The notes below the pieces were generated by a model. That model was not told the DNA's origin. It did not search any database and saw nothing but the letters and a program-made list of their open reading frames with translations. The position numbers and the translations under genes were made by a program. Below are positions 25,643-37,649 of a stretch of 64,000 nt of DNA, piece by piece. The stretch lies in assembly GCA_951406725.2 (NCBI GenBank), contig OX597820.1, positions 7,936,001 to 8,000,000 on the forward strand, in the 5' to 3' direction. This DNA is from Octopus vulgaris. Taxonomy: Eukaryota. The number at the start of each line of letters is the position of its first letter. Positions within the stretch are counted from its first letter, which is position 1.

Positions 25643-28027
25643 TTAATTTAGTGAAGACATTTTAAACGATTTGTTACACTTAGTATCATAGTGGTTAAAT
25701 AGCTAAAAATATGTAAGAACTTAATTCTACAGCTGATTAATATGTATTTTATTATTATACATGGTTACGCTTGAGTGTTTATTAATTTTAAAATTGTTAG
25801 AATCAGATATTATAATTGGTACGCTGAAAAAATAGAATATTTTAAAAATAGAAATAAAATAAAATAAAATAGCTCATAGTCTATCACCTCTAATACTAAT
25901 ATTAAGCTGGACAAATAAAGACAAGTAAAGAACTATTGGTCAGAAAAATATTTAATTTTCAGCGTTGCCCAAGAAAAGTACCGGAAATAAATATGGTGAA
26001 AGAAAATATTTCAGGTTAAAATCATAAATAAGGGAGAACATCCATGCTTATATAAAAAAATAAGGGCATAAAGTGGGGTCAATATATCAGGATAATTAAA
26101 CTTATTATTAGAATAGTTTAAATAGGTTGTCTTCCAAACCGGAAGTAAATAAAGTCATCAAGCATGAGAGAAAGAAATACAAAGGGGGGTAATTTAAGAA
26201 TATAACATGAATAGGCATAAACAAGTAAATAGAAATTGCTAATCAAGGGGAGGTAATAAATTAATGGAACTAACCAAAATAGGTTATAGAAATTAGTGAA
26301 AGAGATCTACACAGAAAAATTAATTAATTGATTAAATAAATAAATAAGTTAACCTTAGAATTAAATAAAAAGGCTAGATAAAATAAAAATATACATCTAT
26401 ATAAATTAGTGTATTATGAGACAAGTGCAAGGTATATTGTAAATATATTGTTTATTTATAAGGTATGTGAATTTATAACTATAAAATGTTAAAGTATCCA
26501 TCTAAGAAACTGGAAGAAACCAAATGGGTAGTCATGTAAAGAAAGGCTAGATAAGAAAAGAAAATATAAGTTAGTGTATTATGAGATAGGTGTATGGTAT
26601 AATATAAGCAGATTGTGTATATAAATTATATGGAGTTAAAACCATATAAAAGTTAAAGTATTAAGCCAAGTAATAGGAAGAAGCTAAAATGTATAGTTGT
26701 ATAAATATAAATAAATATACATGGTTAGAAAAAAATATGGTGGGGGGAACAATAAAGAAGGGTTCAAAATCAATATAGTATCAAAAAAAGGGGACAAACT
26801 GATAAACAAGTTAATCCTGAATATTAGTAAAAGGAATAACTTAATATTTCTTTATATTTTTAAAATACAAATTTGGCTGTGTGGATGCAAGAAATGTTGC
26901 GCTCATCTCAAAAGTTAAGAATAGGGTATTTTGCAGAGAGAATGAAAAATTTCTCATTTAAACATAAAAATATTTTTTCTTGTTAATTTGATAAGGTACA
27001 GAGGTTAATATCTCCCATTTTAAAGCATAATGTATATTCTTATCTTTTAACTCCCAAATAAATTTACCTAGCCCGGTAAAGTTAGATGTATGTTTATTCC
27101 TAAAAGTATAGATGAGTTGCTAAACGTTTCTTAATTTCATTTTGCGTGGCACCGATATACGAATTATTTGTTTCTAAAGCTGTTATCGTACATTGATATG
27201 TTACGCTTTTTCGCTTGCATGCGTTCTTAAGTAAGAAATTATTCTTAACTCTGAAATAAGTTATTAGATATATTATTAATATTAGGAATATTAAGTAAAT
27301 GAACCCTATTAGAAATACTGGTGCAGTTCTGCATGAACGCGCAATTTAAAGGAGTATTATTATTACTCTATGCAGATTAATCGTGGAGAGATTAAGAATA
27401 TTATTATCACTATTATTGCTATTAGAAGTACTTCTATTCAAGTAGAATATGTCTAATTTCTTATTATTCATAGCAGATATAATAGATGCAAGGTTATAGG
27501 TTAAACTATATCCAATATTAATAATTTTATTATTAATAAATTCATGGTATTTATTGTTATTATTAAAATGTTAATTAATTTTAGAAGAATAGATTTTATC
27601 AAGTTGCTCTTAATTTGCTTTGCGAAAGGTAGCATCAACCATATATTATTATCAGATAAGTCAGTATTGTCATTAATAATGGGAGTATTATTGCCTGTTA
27701 TGTATTTATTTGATATGTATTTAGTTCTCTCATCAGGTGTGATTTCCTTTATTTTCATATTCTTACTGCAGTCTTGCTTGGTATTCGTTATATTTAAGTT
27801 TCTGAACTTGCTTTTACTATTATTATTTATATTATATTTATTTTGTATCAATTATTATTTATATTATATTTATTTTTTATCAATTATTGCAATTTTATTA
27901 TTTTTATTATTTTTATATAAGTTTTTTCTTATAGTTAGTATTTATTCCTTTCAGATTATTATTAGTGTTATGGTTATTATATAAATAATTAGCTTTTATA
28001 CTAGGGTTATTTCTATTTCTATTGTTA

Positions 28028-28070
<43 letters not shown>

Positions 28071-30765
28071 GGAAAGTATTTTATTTTATTCTTATCGGCA
28101 TTAGCTGAAACTATGTTATATTGGTCTCTATGCTTATCAAAAATTTTTTCATTAAGGATTAGGTAAGATATTCTTCTAATATTTTTAATTAAGGCATTTT
28201 TAATTGAAGCTGGATGATTGCTTTGGGAATGTATGCATTTAATATCGGAGTTAGGTTTTTTGAAAGGTTCATGAAGGCCTGTTGCTAAGAAATTTATGAA
28301 GTTATATTCTCTCTCAATTGTAATTGTAAGGCCAAATCTCTTAAGGAATTTATATAGCCGTTTTTTAATTAGTTCCATACGTCTATTAGAGACGTTTTTT
28401 TTTTACAGTGAATAACGCATCGTCCCTATATAATCCACCCCAACCTCTAGGAATCCCGTATATAGAATAGATAGACGATAAATTCCTAAGTCAGTGAGTT
28501 CGGCCGAGGCGGGAGATCCCATAGTTACATTAAACAGTCAGGAGTAACTTTCCTGGACCATAGTTTATCAACTATGGATCTACGTGCAGTGAGAATGACA
28601 TCAATTTCCTTCATTGAAATATTCGTATATTTTCTTGCAGATAAGAGAGCGCTGTTTAGTACAGTAAGACTTATAGAGGAATAGCAATTTTCAATATCAA
28701 TATGCTAAAATCTATATTTGCCTTCATGCTGAATATTAGAAAACCAAATTAATGCACTCTGTGTGTTAGACCATAATTCCAAAGTTACTTTATATATATT
28801 TGTATTATATATATATATATATATATAAGCAATAATACATCTCTGAACGAGGTATAGACAGTAACTGCACGACATTGTGAAGTATATTTGCCATCTAAAT
28901 GTGGCTAACCACTAAGGGTGGATGTTACTGTAGCTTGTAGCCCCAGGAGAACATCTTCTCCAGCTGGCTATTGACACACTTTCTGTGCCCTATCTGTATT
29001 TGCAAAGGGAAGCCACTCTTCTCATCGTCGACCTACGTTATACGCACGGACCCGGGTTTCTGAATATATATATATATATACTTGTTAGAGTTGTTATTAT
29101 TGATAACTTCTAGAAGCCTTTTAATCAATGACAATCCATGCATGACCCCTTCATCTCTTTTTTCAGACGTAGTATATCTAGGACTACAACATTCAATGTG
29201 TACGTTATTTATTTGAAAGGTGTCACAACTTATTTATGGATTGATTTAAAACTGATCAGTAAATTTCGATCGACGACAACTGTACGGAAGCCTATCGACG
29301 GTATTGTTTCCCTATTTCAATGGATGAACTCATCACTCGTTCTGTTGATGTGGTTTCTCCTTAATAATCTAGTAAACTATACAAGCATTTGTGTAATAGG
29401 AAAATATTTATTGGTTAATTGAATACGTAAGTTGTCCTTTTGATCATCATTGAAATCGACGGAGAACCTTTGTTTTCTGTGGCTTTTTTTTTCTGATTTG
29501 ATTTGAATGAATTTACTAGCAGTTTACTGCAAAAATGTTTCCTATATGATTCGCGGACGGCACGACGCGCGAATCATATAGGAAATCATATGCTATTTAA
29601 CCCTGGGTTGGCCATTTTTGATCAGAATGTAAAGGCGTAAATTGTAGTGATCGTGCTTTCATAAGTGTATGAAACATATCTGGGGATCTGCTGTTGCATT
29701 TATACTTTTATTTCTTATCAGTACAAAGAATATATGCATACACAACTGTAGCGACAGAGATGTAATTAGCAGGAGTCGGAAGGAATTTGGGAAGAAAATA
29801 TGTTAATGATTGGAAAAATACTGATAAATCTGAAAATATTAATAAAGACATATTTTTGAATAATTTCCTCAGCAGACCCATTGAACTTGTGGGCAGGCTG
29901 ATTCCCATGTGAAAACTAACAGAAAAGCATATTAAAGCCATTCATAAACCATAAAAACAATCTATAAACTGTAACAAAAAACAATTTTATAGGCCATAAA
30001 AATTTATAAGTCATAAAAGATTTATAAGCCATCAAAAAAAATCTATAAGTCCTAAGAAAAACGAGAGACAGCATAGATAAAAATAAATCACAAAGTAATT
30101 GCACATATTGTTAATGTGGCTGGCAAGATAAGTTTAATTAATCAATACAATAACCGTATTGAACATTGCATAAATCAGGCAAACAAAGGATGAATGCGAC
30201 AACACAGAATCAAAAAAGAAATGGTCTTTCTTTGAAACGGGTTAACGTAGCGAAATCTGAATTAATTAAAACTGAGAGTAGACAGTGACGATGGAGAAGA
30301 AGAATTTGAGATTTAACAGACAGGCGCAGGTAATTCCGAACATGTTTCGTTTTTATGTGACCTCCTCAAAATAATAGTATGTTGAATCATCGTAAAGTCT
30401 TTATGCTATTATAATTTTCGCAATTCTGTTTCTATAAAAGACTGAGCTAATGTGTGAAAATTATTTAGAAACTTGTGGTTAATATGTCATTCTCGTTTAT
30501 CAAAATATTATTTCAATTATTTATTAAATACTTAAAAATTAATTATCAAATCGACTTTGTTTTATGAAGACATATATGTAAAAGCAGCTGTTTATTTATC
30601 TTCGCTTCGTCTGAAGACGCTTTGTAAGGTCAGATATGATTAATGGAATTAAGAATAGAGGGATCATTAATACAGGGTAAAGCTAAAAACAGTCAGCAAC
30701 GCGAATTTCAGAAACTTTAGAAACGCCATTATAGTGTATATATAAAATATATATATATCCGTGTA

Positions 30766-30825
<60 letters not shown>

Positions 30826-30833
<8 letters not shown>

Positions 30834-30921
30834 ATGTCTATATATATATATATCTATATATATATATATATTTGTATGTAATGTCTATATATATATATAT
30901 ACATTGCATATATGTAATGTC

Positions 30922-30957
<36 letters not shown>

Positions 30958-30989
30958 GATATACACTACATATATGTAATATCTATCTA

Positions 30990-31033
<44 letters not shown>

Positions 31034-31106
31034 CATACATACATACATATACATTACATATACGTAATGTCTAAATATATACATAGATATGCATTACATT
31101 TATGTA

Positions 31107-31143
<37 letters not shown>

Positions 31144-31373
31144 CATATACATTACATATACGTAATGTCTATACATATATATACATTACATATATGTAAT
31201 GTCTATATATATACATTGCATATATGTAATGTCTATACATATATATATACATTATATATATGTAATGTCTATATATATATATACATTACATATATGTAAT
31301 GTCTATATATATATATACATTACATATATGTAATGTCTAAATATATACATAAATATACATTACATATATGTAA

Positions 31374-31411
<38 letters not shown>

Positions 31412-31445
31412 CATACATACATATATATTACATATATGTAATGTA
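30826..31445. repeat. Minisatellite of a 20-bp perfect palindrome (ACATTACATATATGTAATGT) separated by TA-rich spacers
   Basis: About 12 copies and variants between 30901 and 31445. Confidence 0.85.
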
Positions 31446-31469
31446 TATATATATACATATATATATATA

Positions 31470-33428
31470 CAACAATGCATGAAGACCCTCATCAATAACC
31501 AAAGATCAGCTGAGGAGAAGTGGGCCATTGAAAAGATCAAACTCAACCCCAAAGTGTTCTTTTCACTCGCGAGGAAACACAGGGTCACTGTCTCCATTGT
31601 TGGCCCACTAATTGATGAAACTGGCACTCTCCAACATAATGCCAAATCCATGGCCGAGATACTGCAGAAACAATACTGCTCTGTTTTCAGCAATCCTGAT
31701 ATGGCCGATCTGGGCTGTATCAGTGATGTCAACCCCCAACACACTATATCGGACATAACGTTTGGTGCCCCTGATGTCTTAGCGGCGATAAACGAAATAA
31801 AACACAATTCAGCAGTAGGCCCCGATAGGTTCCCTGCTTTTGTCCTGAAGGTGTGTCGACACCAACTTGCATCTCCCCTTGCTAATCTGTGGAGAAACTC
31901 ACTGGATGCTGGCTATATTCCAAAAAACCTTCTGTCCCAGTCTGTTGTCCCAGTTTTCAAAAAGGGAAACAAGTCCCTTGCAGTGAACTACCGTCCGTTC
32001 ACTCACCTCTCATATCATCAAGGTATTTGAGAGGGTGGTGAGATCTCGAATAACCCAATTTCTGGAAAGCAACAGACGGCTGATCTCTAACCAACATGGG
32101 TTCCGTAATGGAAGGGACTGCCTAACGCAGCTCCTGCATCACTTTGATGACATTTTGAGAGCTTTGGGAGAGGGCTCCAACACCGATGTCATCTACCTTG
32201 ATTTCAGTAAGGCCTTCGACAGGGTTGATCACAAGATCCTATTGAAAAAACTATCCAACATTGGTGTCTCTGGAAAGTTACTGAAATGGATCAAGTGTTT
32301 CCTGACAGACAGATCTCAACATGTTGTAGTTGAAGGTGTAAAATCAAGCCCAGCCAAAGTCAGTAGTGGCGTTCCGCAAGGCACTGTGCTGGGCCCACTT
32401 CTTTTCATCATCTACATTAATGACATTAATGACATCATCAAGCACAGCAACATAAAAATCTTTGCAGATGATTCCAAGCTACAGAAGGTCATAAATGAGG
32501 CGAGTGACCGGACATGCCTTCAGTCAGATCTACTGGCTGTCATCCAATGGGCATAAAAAAAACAATATGCTGCTGAACGAGGATAAATTTGAGTTAATCC
32601 ACTTTGGAAAAGAGGATGCCCTGAAACTCCCATACTCCCTTCCTTCAGGTGAAACTCTCGTGGCATCCAACAACATCAGAGACTTTGGAGTAATTGTGGA
32701 CAACAACATAAGCTGGGCCACTCATATAAACACCAAAGTTCACATGGCCCGCAGAATGTGTTCCTGGATTCTCAGAACTTTCCAGTCGAGAGATATCCAC
32801 ACCATTATCCTTCTCTTCTCCACTTTTGCCCGACCCCACCTTGAATACTGTTGTCCACTGTGGTCTCCCCACACAAAACAAAGTATCATAAAAGTTGAAG
32901 CACCTCAAAGGGCAATCACAAAATGATAGATGGCATGACAGGCCTCGACTATTGGGGTCGACTACAAAAGCTAAAACTTTATTCTCTCCAACGTCGCCGT
33001 GAGCGCTACATCATCTGCATGATGTGGAAAATATTCCATCAGCATTGCCCAAATGATGTTGGCGTCACCTTTAAGGTACATCCAAGGCGTGGGCCCCGTG
33101 CCATCCGCCCAAAACAAAAATCGCACTCTCATCTCATAACAACAATACGGCACAATTATTTCACCTCAATTGGCCCCGCTCTCTTTAACATTACACCAAA
33201 ACACATTAAAACAGAAACAGACCCTATAGGGTTCAAGAAGTCTTTGGACAGATTCCTTCAAGAAATCCCGGATAAACCCCCTACACCCGGATATGTCTCT
33301 GTAAACAATAACTCTCTACTTGAGTGGGCCATAGTGCCCAAATCCTGACTTGAAAGACTTCACCAGGTGGTGCTATTAAGTTAGACATGGCCTGGGCCAA
33401 TAATGGCCGAAACCTATCAAAGTATCAA

Positions 33429-33430
<2 letters not shown>
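31470..33430 (+). mobile_element. 5'-truncated CR1-group LINE (RT pseudogene, 3 frameshifts) with a (TATCAAAG)2 tail
   Basis: ORFs contain VVPVFKKGNKSLAVNYRP, QHGFRNGRDCLTQLL, YLDFSKAFDRVDH, SGVPQGTVLGPLLF, FADDSKL and YSLQRRRERY. The element is flanked by (TA)n. Confidence 0.92.
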
Positions 33431-33486
<56 letters not shown>

Positions 33487-33489
<3 letters not shown>

Positions 33490-33995
33490 CTTTAAAGGTT
33501 TTTTTAATATGCTGGCCATTGATAGAATTTTTTTCGAAAAATGTTATCCTATATTAGATGTAAATTTAATAGTGTTCACTTCTGGACTCTCTCTCTCTCT
33601 CTCTATGAAAGTTTTCAGTTCGAATTGTACGTGTCTCGAGGTGTGCTGGAGAATTTCTATTTTGGATATATTTGAGGTACTTAATTGTGCTCATGACTTA
33701 GTGTTTGCTTCTTCCATGAGTATAAGTAAGTATTTAATTTATTTCTTTGCCGCATTTATCACTGACGAAGAGAAGGTTCTTGTGAATTAACTCTGAAATC
33801 GGGTCCGATATGATAATAACGGAATTTTTAGTGATGAATTATATGTTTATTGACGATGTGTCTACTTTCGACATATTTGGCATTAGAAATTTTTTTTTCT
33901 TTTGCCCTTGTTTATAAGTTGTTTATAAATTTAACCTTTAAAGGTAGTTTTTAATATGCTGGCCATTGATATAATTTTTTTCGAAAAATTTTATC

Positions 33996-34005
<10 letters not shown>
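33487..34005 (+). mobile_element. TA-embedded element with ~70-bp terminal direct repeats and an internal HHR (pLTR- or retrozyme-like)
   Basis: 33487-33560 is repeated at 33934-34005. HHR motif at 33757-33810. Confidence 0.6.
33757..33810 (+). ncRNA. Type I hammerhead-like motif
   Basis: TATCA | CTGACGA | AGAG..CTCT | GAAA | TCGGG | TC | CGATA. The core is canonical, stem II is 4 bp, the triplet is GUC, and stem I has one mismatch. Confidence 0.65.
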
Positions 34006-34075
<70 letters not shown>

Positions 34076-34080
34076 ATATA

Positions 34081-35222
34081 TTGGGTTGTCCGGAAAGTTT
34101 GTGCTGATTTATAGTAGCTTGCCTTTCGACTTATTTTAGAACATGGTTGAGTCCATAGAATAGGATTTGACTACACCTCCATGTAGAGCACATTTCAATC
34201 TATCTTTTCGTGGAAGAAGGTTTATGTTCCTATAACCTGTGTTAATTCTGTAACTCTTTAAAATGGAAGACAAGTAAGTTCATTTTCGGCACTTGATGCT
34301 TTTCTTTTTCCATAAAGGGAAAACTGCCTCACAAGCAACCAAAGAAATATGCGCAGTTTACGGTGATGTTTCTTTATCCGAAAGAACTGTACGGAAGTGG
34401 TTCGCAAGGTTCCGAGCTGGAGATTGTTGCCTTATTGATAAAGAGCGACCAGGCAAACCATCTACTACAGATGATGACCAAATCAAGTCATTAATTGAGA
34501 ATAACCCACATTGCGCAACCGGAGAATTGGCAGAAAACTTCAACCTACCAAAATCCATCGTTCGTGAGCATCTGTTAAGGCTTGGGTACACAAATCACTA
34601 CGATTTTTGGGTGCCACATGAGTTGAGTGAGAAGAAATTTTAGATCGCATTTCCATCTATGATTCGCTTTATAAACGGAATGAAAACGCACCTTTTTTTA
34701 AGCAAATTGTGACAGGTGATGAGAAATGGATTATCTACCGAAATGTTCAGAGAAAGCGATCCTGGAGTAAGCGCCATGAGCCACCCTTAGCCACCCCAAA
34801 AGCGGGTCTTCACCCTAAAAGAGTCTTACTTTGTGTCTGGTGGGATTGGAAAGGAATTCTGTACTATGAGCTTCTCCAAAGTAACCAGACTATTAATTCT
34901 GAGAATTCCTGCACACAACTGGACAAGTTAAAAGCAGCAATTCAAGAGAAACGTCCAGAATTGGCCAACAGGAAGGGTTTTGTTTTCCAACATGATAGTG
35001 CAAGACCGCGCGTTTCTTTGGGAACCAGACAAAAATTGCTGCAGCTCGGCTGGGATGTGTTACCCCACCCTCCATATTCACCAGATATTGCTCCTTCGGA
35101 TTTCCACTTATTCAGGTATCTGCAGAATAGTCTTAATGGTAAAAATTTCAATTTCTTGGATGATGTAAAAAGATACCTTGGTGAATTCTTTGCCATGAAA
35201 CCACCTCAGTATCTAGGGAGAG
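34081..35222 (+). mobile_element. mariner (DD34D) DNA transposon remnant, 3'-truncated; transposase pseudogene
   Basis: Begins after TA with TTGGGTTGTCCGGAAAGTT. Motifs: WFARFRAGD, WVPHEL, TGDEKW, HDSARP and HPPYSPDIAPSDFHLF. In-frame stops at ~34275 and ~34641. Confidence 0.92.
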
Positions 35223-35234
35223 GTTGTCGGTGAT

Positions 35235-35670
35235 AGTGAAACCTAGTACAGAGAGCAGCAGATGCCCCTCTACGTCGCATTCAAACAAGGCTGCTTACTC
35301 GCCCCAACCCTTTTCGGGATCTTCTTCTCACTCCTCCTGAGGCATGTATTTGGCACAGCACAAGAGGTAATATACTTACGGACCAGATCAAATGGTAGGC
35401 TGTTCAATCTTGCCCGCCTAAAAGCGAGAACAAAGGTCCGTGAAGTCCTCATCAGAGACACGCTGTTCGCTGATGCCGCTGCAGTTGCGTCTTACACTCA
35501 GAGGGAACTGCAGCTGCTGGTGGACTGCTTGGCCCAGGACTGCAAAGACTTCGAGATGACTATCAGTCTGAAGAAGACAAACGTTATGGGTCAAGAAACG
35601 CCGGCACCACCTGTCATCACCATCGACAACTATGAGCTCGAGGTTGTCCACCAGTTCATGTATCTCAGTT
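35235..35670 (+). mobile_element. RTE-clade LINE RT fragment with an internal deletion
   Basis: [11 protein letters not shown] is joined directly to [11 protein letters not shown]; also [15 protein letters not shown] and degenerate LFADA (LFADD). Confidence 0.85.
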
Positions 35671-35734
35671 CATATACATATGTATATACATACATATATT
35701 TATACATATTTATACTTATATATATATATACATT

Positions 35735-35787
<53 letters not shown>

Positions 35788-35790
<3 letters not shown>

Positions 35791-36016
35791 GGAGTAAACA
35801 CATAAATGTGAAACAAGGTGGAAAAATGAGTACTCAAATACCAGTGGCAGAGTAATATACTTCATTTAAAGCAGCAGAAAATTCAACAAAACCTGTTACT
35901 CTGAGTTTCCCGTTGCCGTTCATTGGACAGTTTTTGCTAGAAAAAACTGTCTGATGAACGGCAACGAGAAACTCAGAGTAACAGGTTTTGTTGAATTTTC
36001 TGCTGCTTTAAATAAA

Positions 36017-36021
<5 letters not shown>
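35788..36021. mobile_element. Palindromic TA-embedded element (~80-bp arms) with head-to-head HHR-like motifs and a one-sided ~70-nt extension
   Basis: 35856-35935 is the reverse complement of 35942-36021. A related copy lies at 58589-58780. Confidence 0.8.
35947..35984 (+). ncRNA. Minimal type I hammerhead-like motif
   Basis: CTGT | CTGATGA | A-CG-GCAA-CG-A | GAAA | C-TCAGA-G | TA | ACAG, with near-palindromic ACTC-A-GAGT. The mirror copy on the minus strand (35893-35930) has core CCAATGA. Confidence 0.7.
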
Positions 36022-36055
<34 letters not shown>

Positions 36056-36056
36056 A

Positions 36057-36384
36057 AAAAAGGAGATGTCGAACACGAGTGGTGATATATAAAAAAGGAA
36101 ATGAAGAAAATGCTGACAAATAATTGAAGTAATTTAAGTAATTTAATTAGGTGAAAGTTCTTTTTACCGGTTGCGCATTTGTTATGCTTATCAAAATATA
36201 AAAGAGAGATTAGAGTTCCTTTCTTATAGAATTTTTCCGGAAAAATTCTATAAGAAAGGAACTCTAATCTCTCTTTTATATTTTGATAAGCATAACAAAT
36301 GCGCAACCGGTAAAAAGAACTTTTCACCTAATTAAATTACTTAAATTACTTCAATTATTTGTCAGCATTTTCTTCATTTCCTTT

Positions 36385-36385
<1 letters not shown>
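36057..36385. mobile_element. Near-perfect spacerless palindrome (~146-bp arms, centre TTCCGGAA) carrying a variant HHR-like motif on each strand
   Basis: 36093-36238 is the reverse complement of 36239-36385 (one indel). Plus motif 36281-36316: TT | TTGATAA | GCAT-AACAA-ATGC | GCAA | CCGG | TA | AA. Confidence 0.8.
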
Positions 36386-36429
<44 letters not shown>

Positions 36430-36434
<5 letters not shown>

Positions 36435-36660
36435 AGAATTCACAGAAAAACAAAAAACGAAGACAGATGGTAGAGACAACAGACAGATGTATTAGTTTAA
36501 CGCTCGGGAAGTGAAAAAGTCTTTAACGTTTCAAGCTTACGCTCTTCCACAGAAAAGAACCCAGAAAGAAACAAGGAGAGAAAATATAGAAGAGAATATA
36601 AAGAAGAGTAAATATAGAGAGAAAATAAAGTATATGTAGTAGCTGGTGATCTATATATAT
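36430..36660 (-). mobile_element. Family A TA-embedded element (diverged copy)
   Basis: Aligns with 37028-37222. HHR-like motif on the minus strand: CTGTGGAA-GAGC-GTAA-GCTT-GAAACGTT. Confidence 0.7.
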
Positions 36661-36845
36661 CATAATCAATAGATTTGTGGGTAATCCATTGCAAAAAGAA
36701 CATAACGAGTATTTATAATGGAAAGCTCGTGGTATTTATATGCACATCAAGAAATAATACTTGAGGATAAAACCAGTAGAATAGCAGGGTATAAAATATA
36801 CTACCCTAATTAGCCCTTACTTGAGTTGAAATTATAATTAGAAAG

Positions 36846-36899
36846 AAACTACGCGTGTTTCTGTATTGGAAGATCAGACTATAAGTAATCATCAGATTT
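36846..36899 (-). ncRNA. Hammerhead-like motif
   Basis: Minus strand: AAAT | CTGATGA | ..weak stem II.. | GAAA | C-ACGC-G | TA | GTTT. The core is canonical but stem II pairs poorly. Confidence 0.5.
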
Positions 36900-36961
36900 A
36901 TAATTCTACCATTACATCTTTTTCTTTTTCAAAATATTATTCAGCTTTTTTAAATCACCAT

Positions 36962-37027
<66 letters not shown>

Positions 37028-37032
<5 letters not shown>

Positions 37033-37222
37033 AGAGTTTACGAAGAAAAAAAGACAAAGACAGGTGGTGTACAAAACAAACAGATATATTAGTATAATGC
37101 TCAGGGATAGAAAAAGTCTTTTACGTTTCGAGCCGACGCTCTTCTACAGAAAGGGACACAGAAAAAAACAAGGAGAGAAAAAAAAAAGTGTGAGTAGTGG
37201 CTAACGATCTATCATGGCGATT
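37028..37222 (-). mobile_element. Family A TA-embedded element
   Basis: Reverse complement of 15815-16010. Confidence 0.8.
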
Positions 37223-37481
37223 GATGTGTGAGTATAGTAGTTTCTTGTTCTCTTCTTTTGAAAGTTCTAAGGATTCATCCGGCTACAGGAGGGATATCAT
37301 CATTACTCGCGTCAGTGTCCAGGTCGCACGCTGATTTTGATTTAGCGATTACAATTCATTCTGGGCCAGTGAATCATGTCTGCATTCGCTTCAGCTTCGT
37401 GTGCTGGTAGCGCAGGACTTGAAATTTTCCAGCATTAAACTGCACATATACATACGTGTGTGTGTGTGTGTGTGTACATTT

Positions 37482-37544
<63 letters not shown>

Positions 37545-37575
37545 TGTAGGCAGATAGATAGATAGATCAATAGAT

Positions 37576-37649
<74 letters not shown>

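Larger units (their letters stand above)
23940..28795 (-). mobile_element. Decayed Penelope-like element (Naiad-like) with RT, Asn-rich linker, GIY-YIG, a long AT-rich presumed 3' UTR and a terminal HHR
   Basis: Minus-strand frames read WSNTQSALIWFSNI..HIDIENCYSSIS, FNVTMGSPASAELTDL, GLYRDDAL (~28411-28436), KPNSDIKCIHSQSNHP, IWLMLPFAKQIKSN, GYSLTYNLASII, VTYQCTIT..SYIGATQNEIKKRL, GKFIWELKDKNIHYALKWE and CLNEKFFIL. There are many stops and frameshifts. Assigning 23940-26870 as its 3' UTR is an inference. Confidence 0.8.

Noticed and set aside
27150-27300. Selenocysteine (UGA) recoding as known for some Naiad PLEs
   Set aside because: The Cys-motif region is too decayed; no UGA at Cys positions and no SECIS could be identified.
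30335-30700. Two possible degenerate HHRs (30338-30372 minus; 30608-30697 plus)
   Set aside because: Each lacks either stem I or an intact GAAA.
30826-31445. CRISPR-like palindromic repeats with spacers
   Set aside because: The spacers are low-complexity TA of variable length, there are no cas genes, and the context is eukaryotic.
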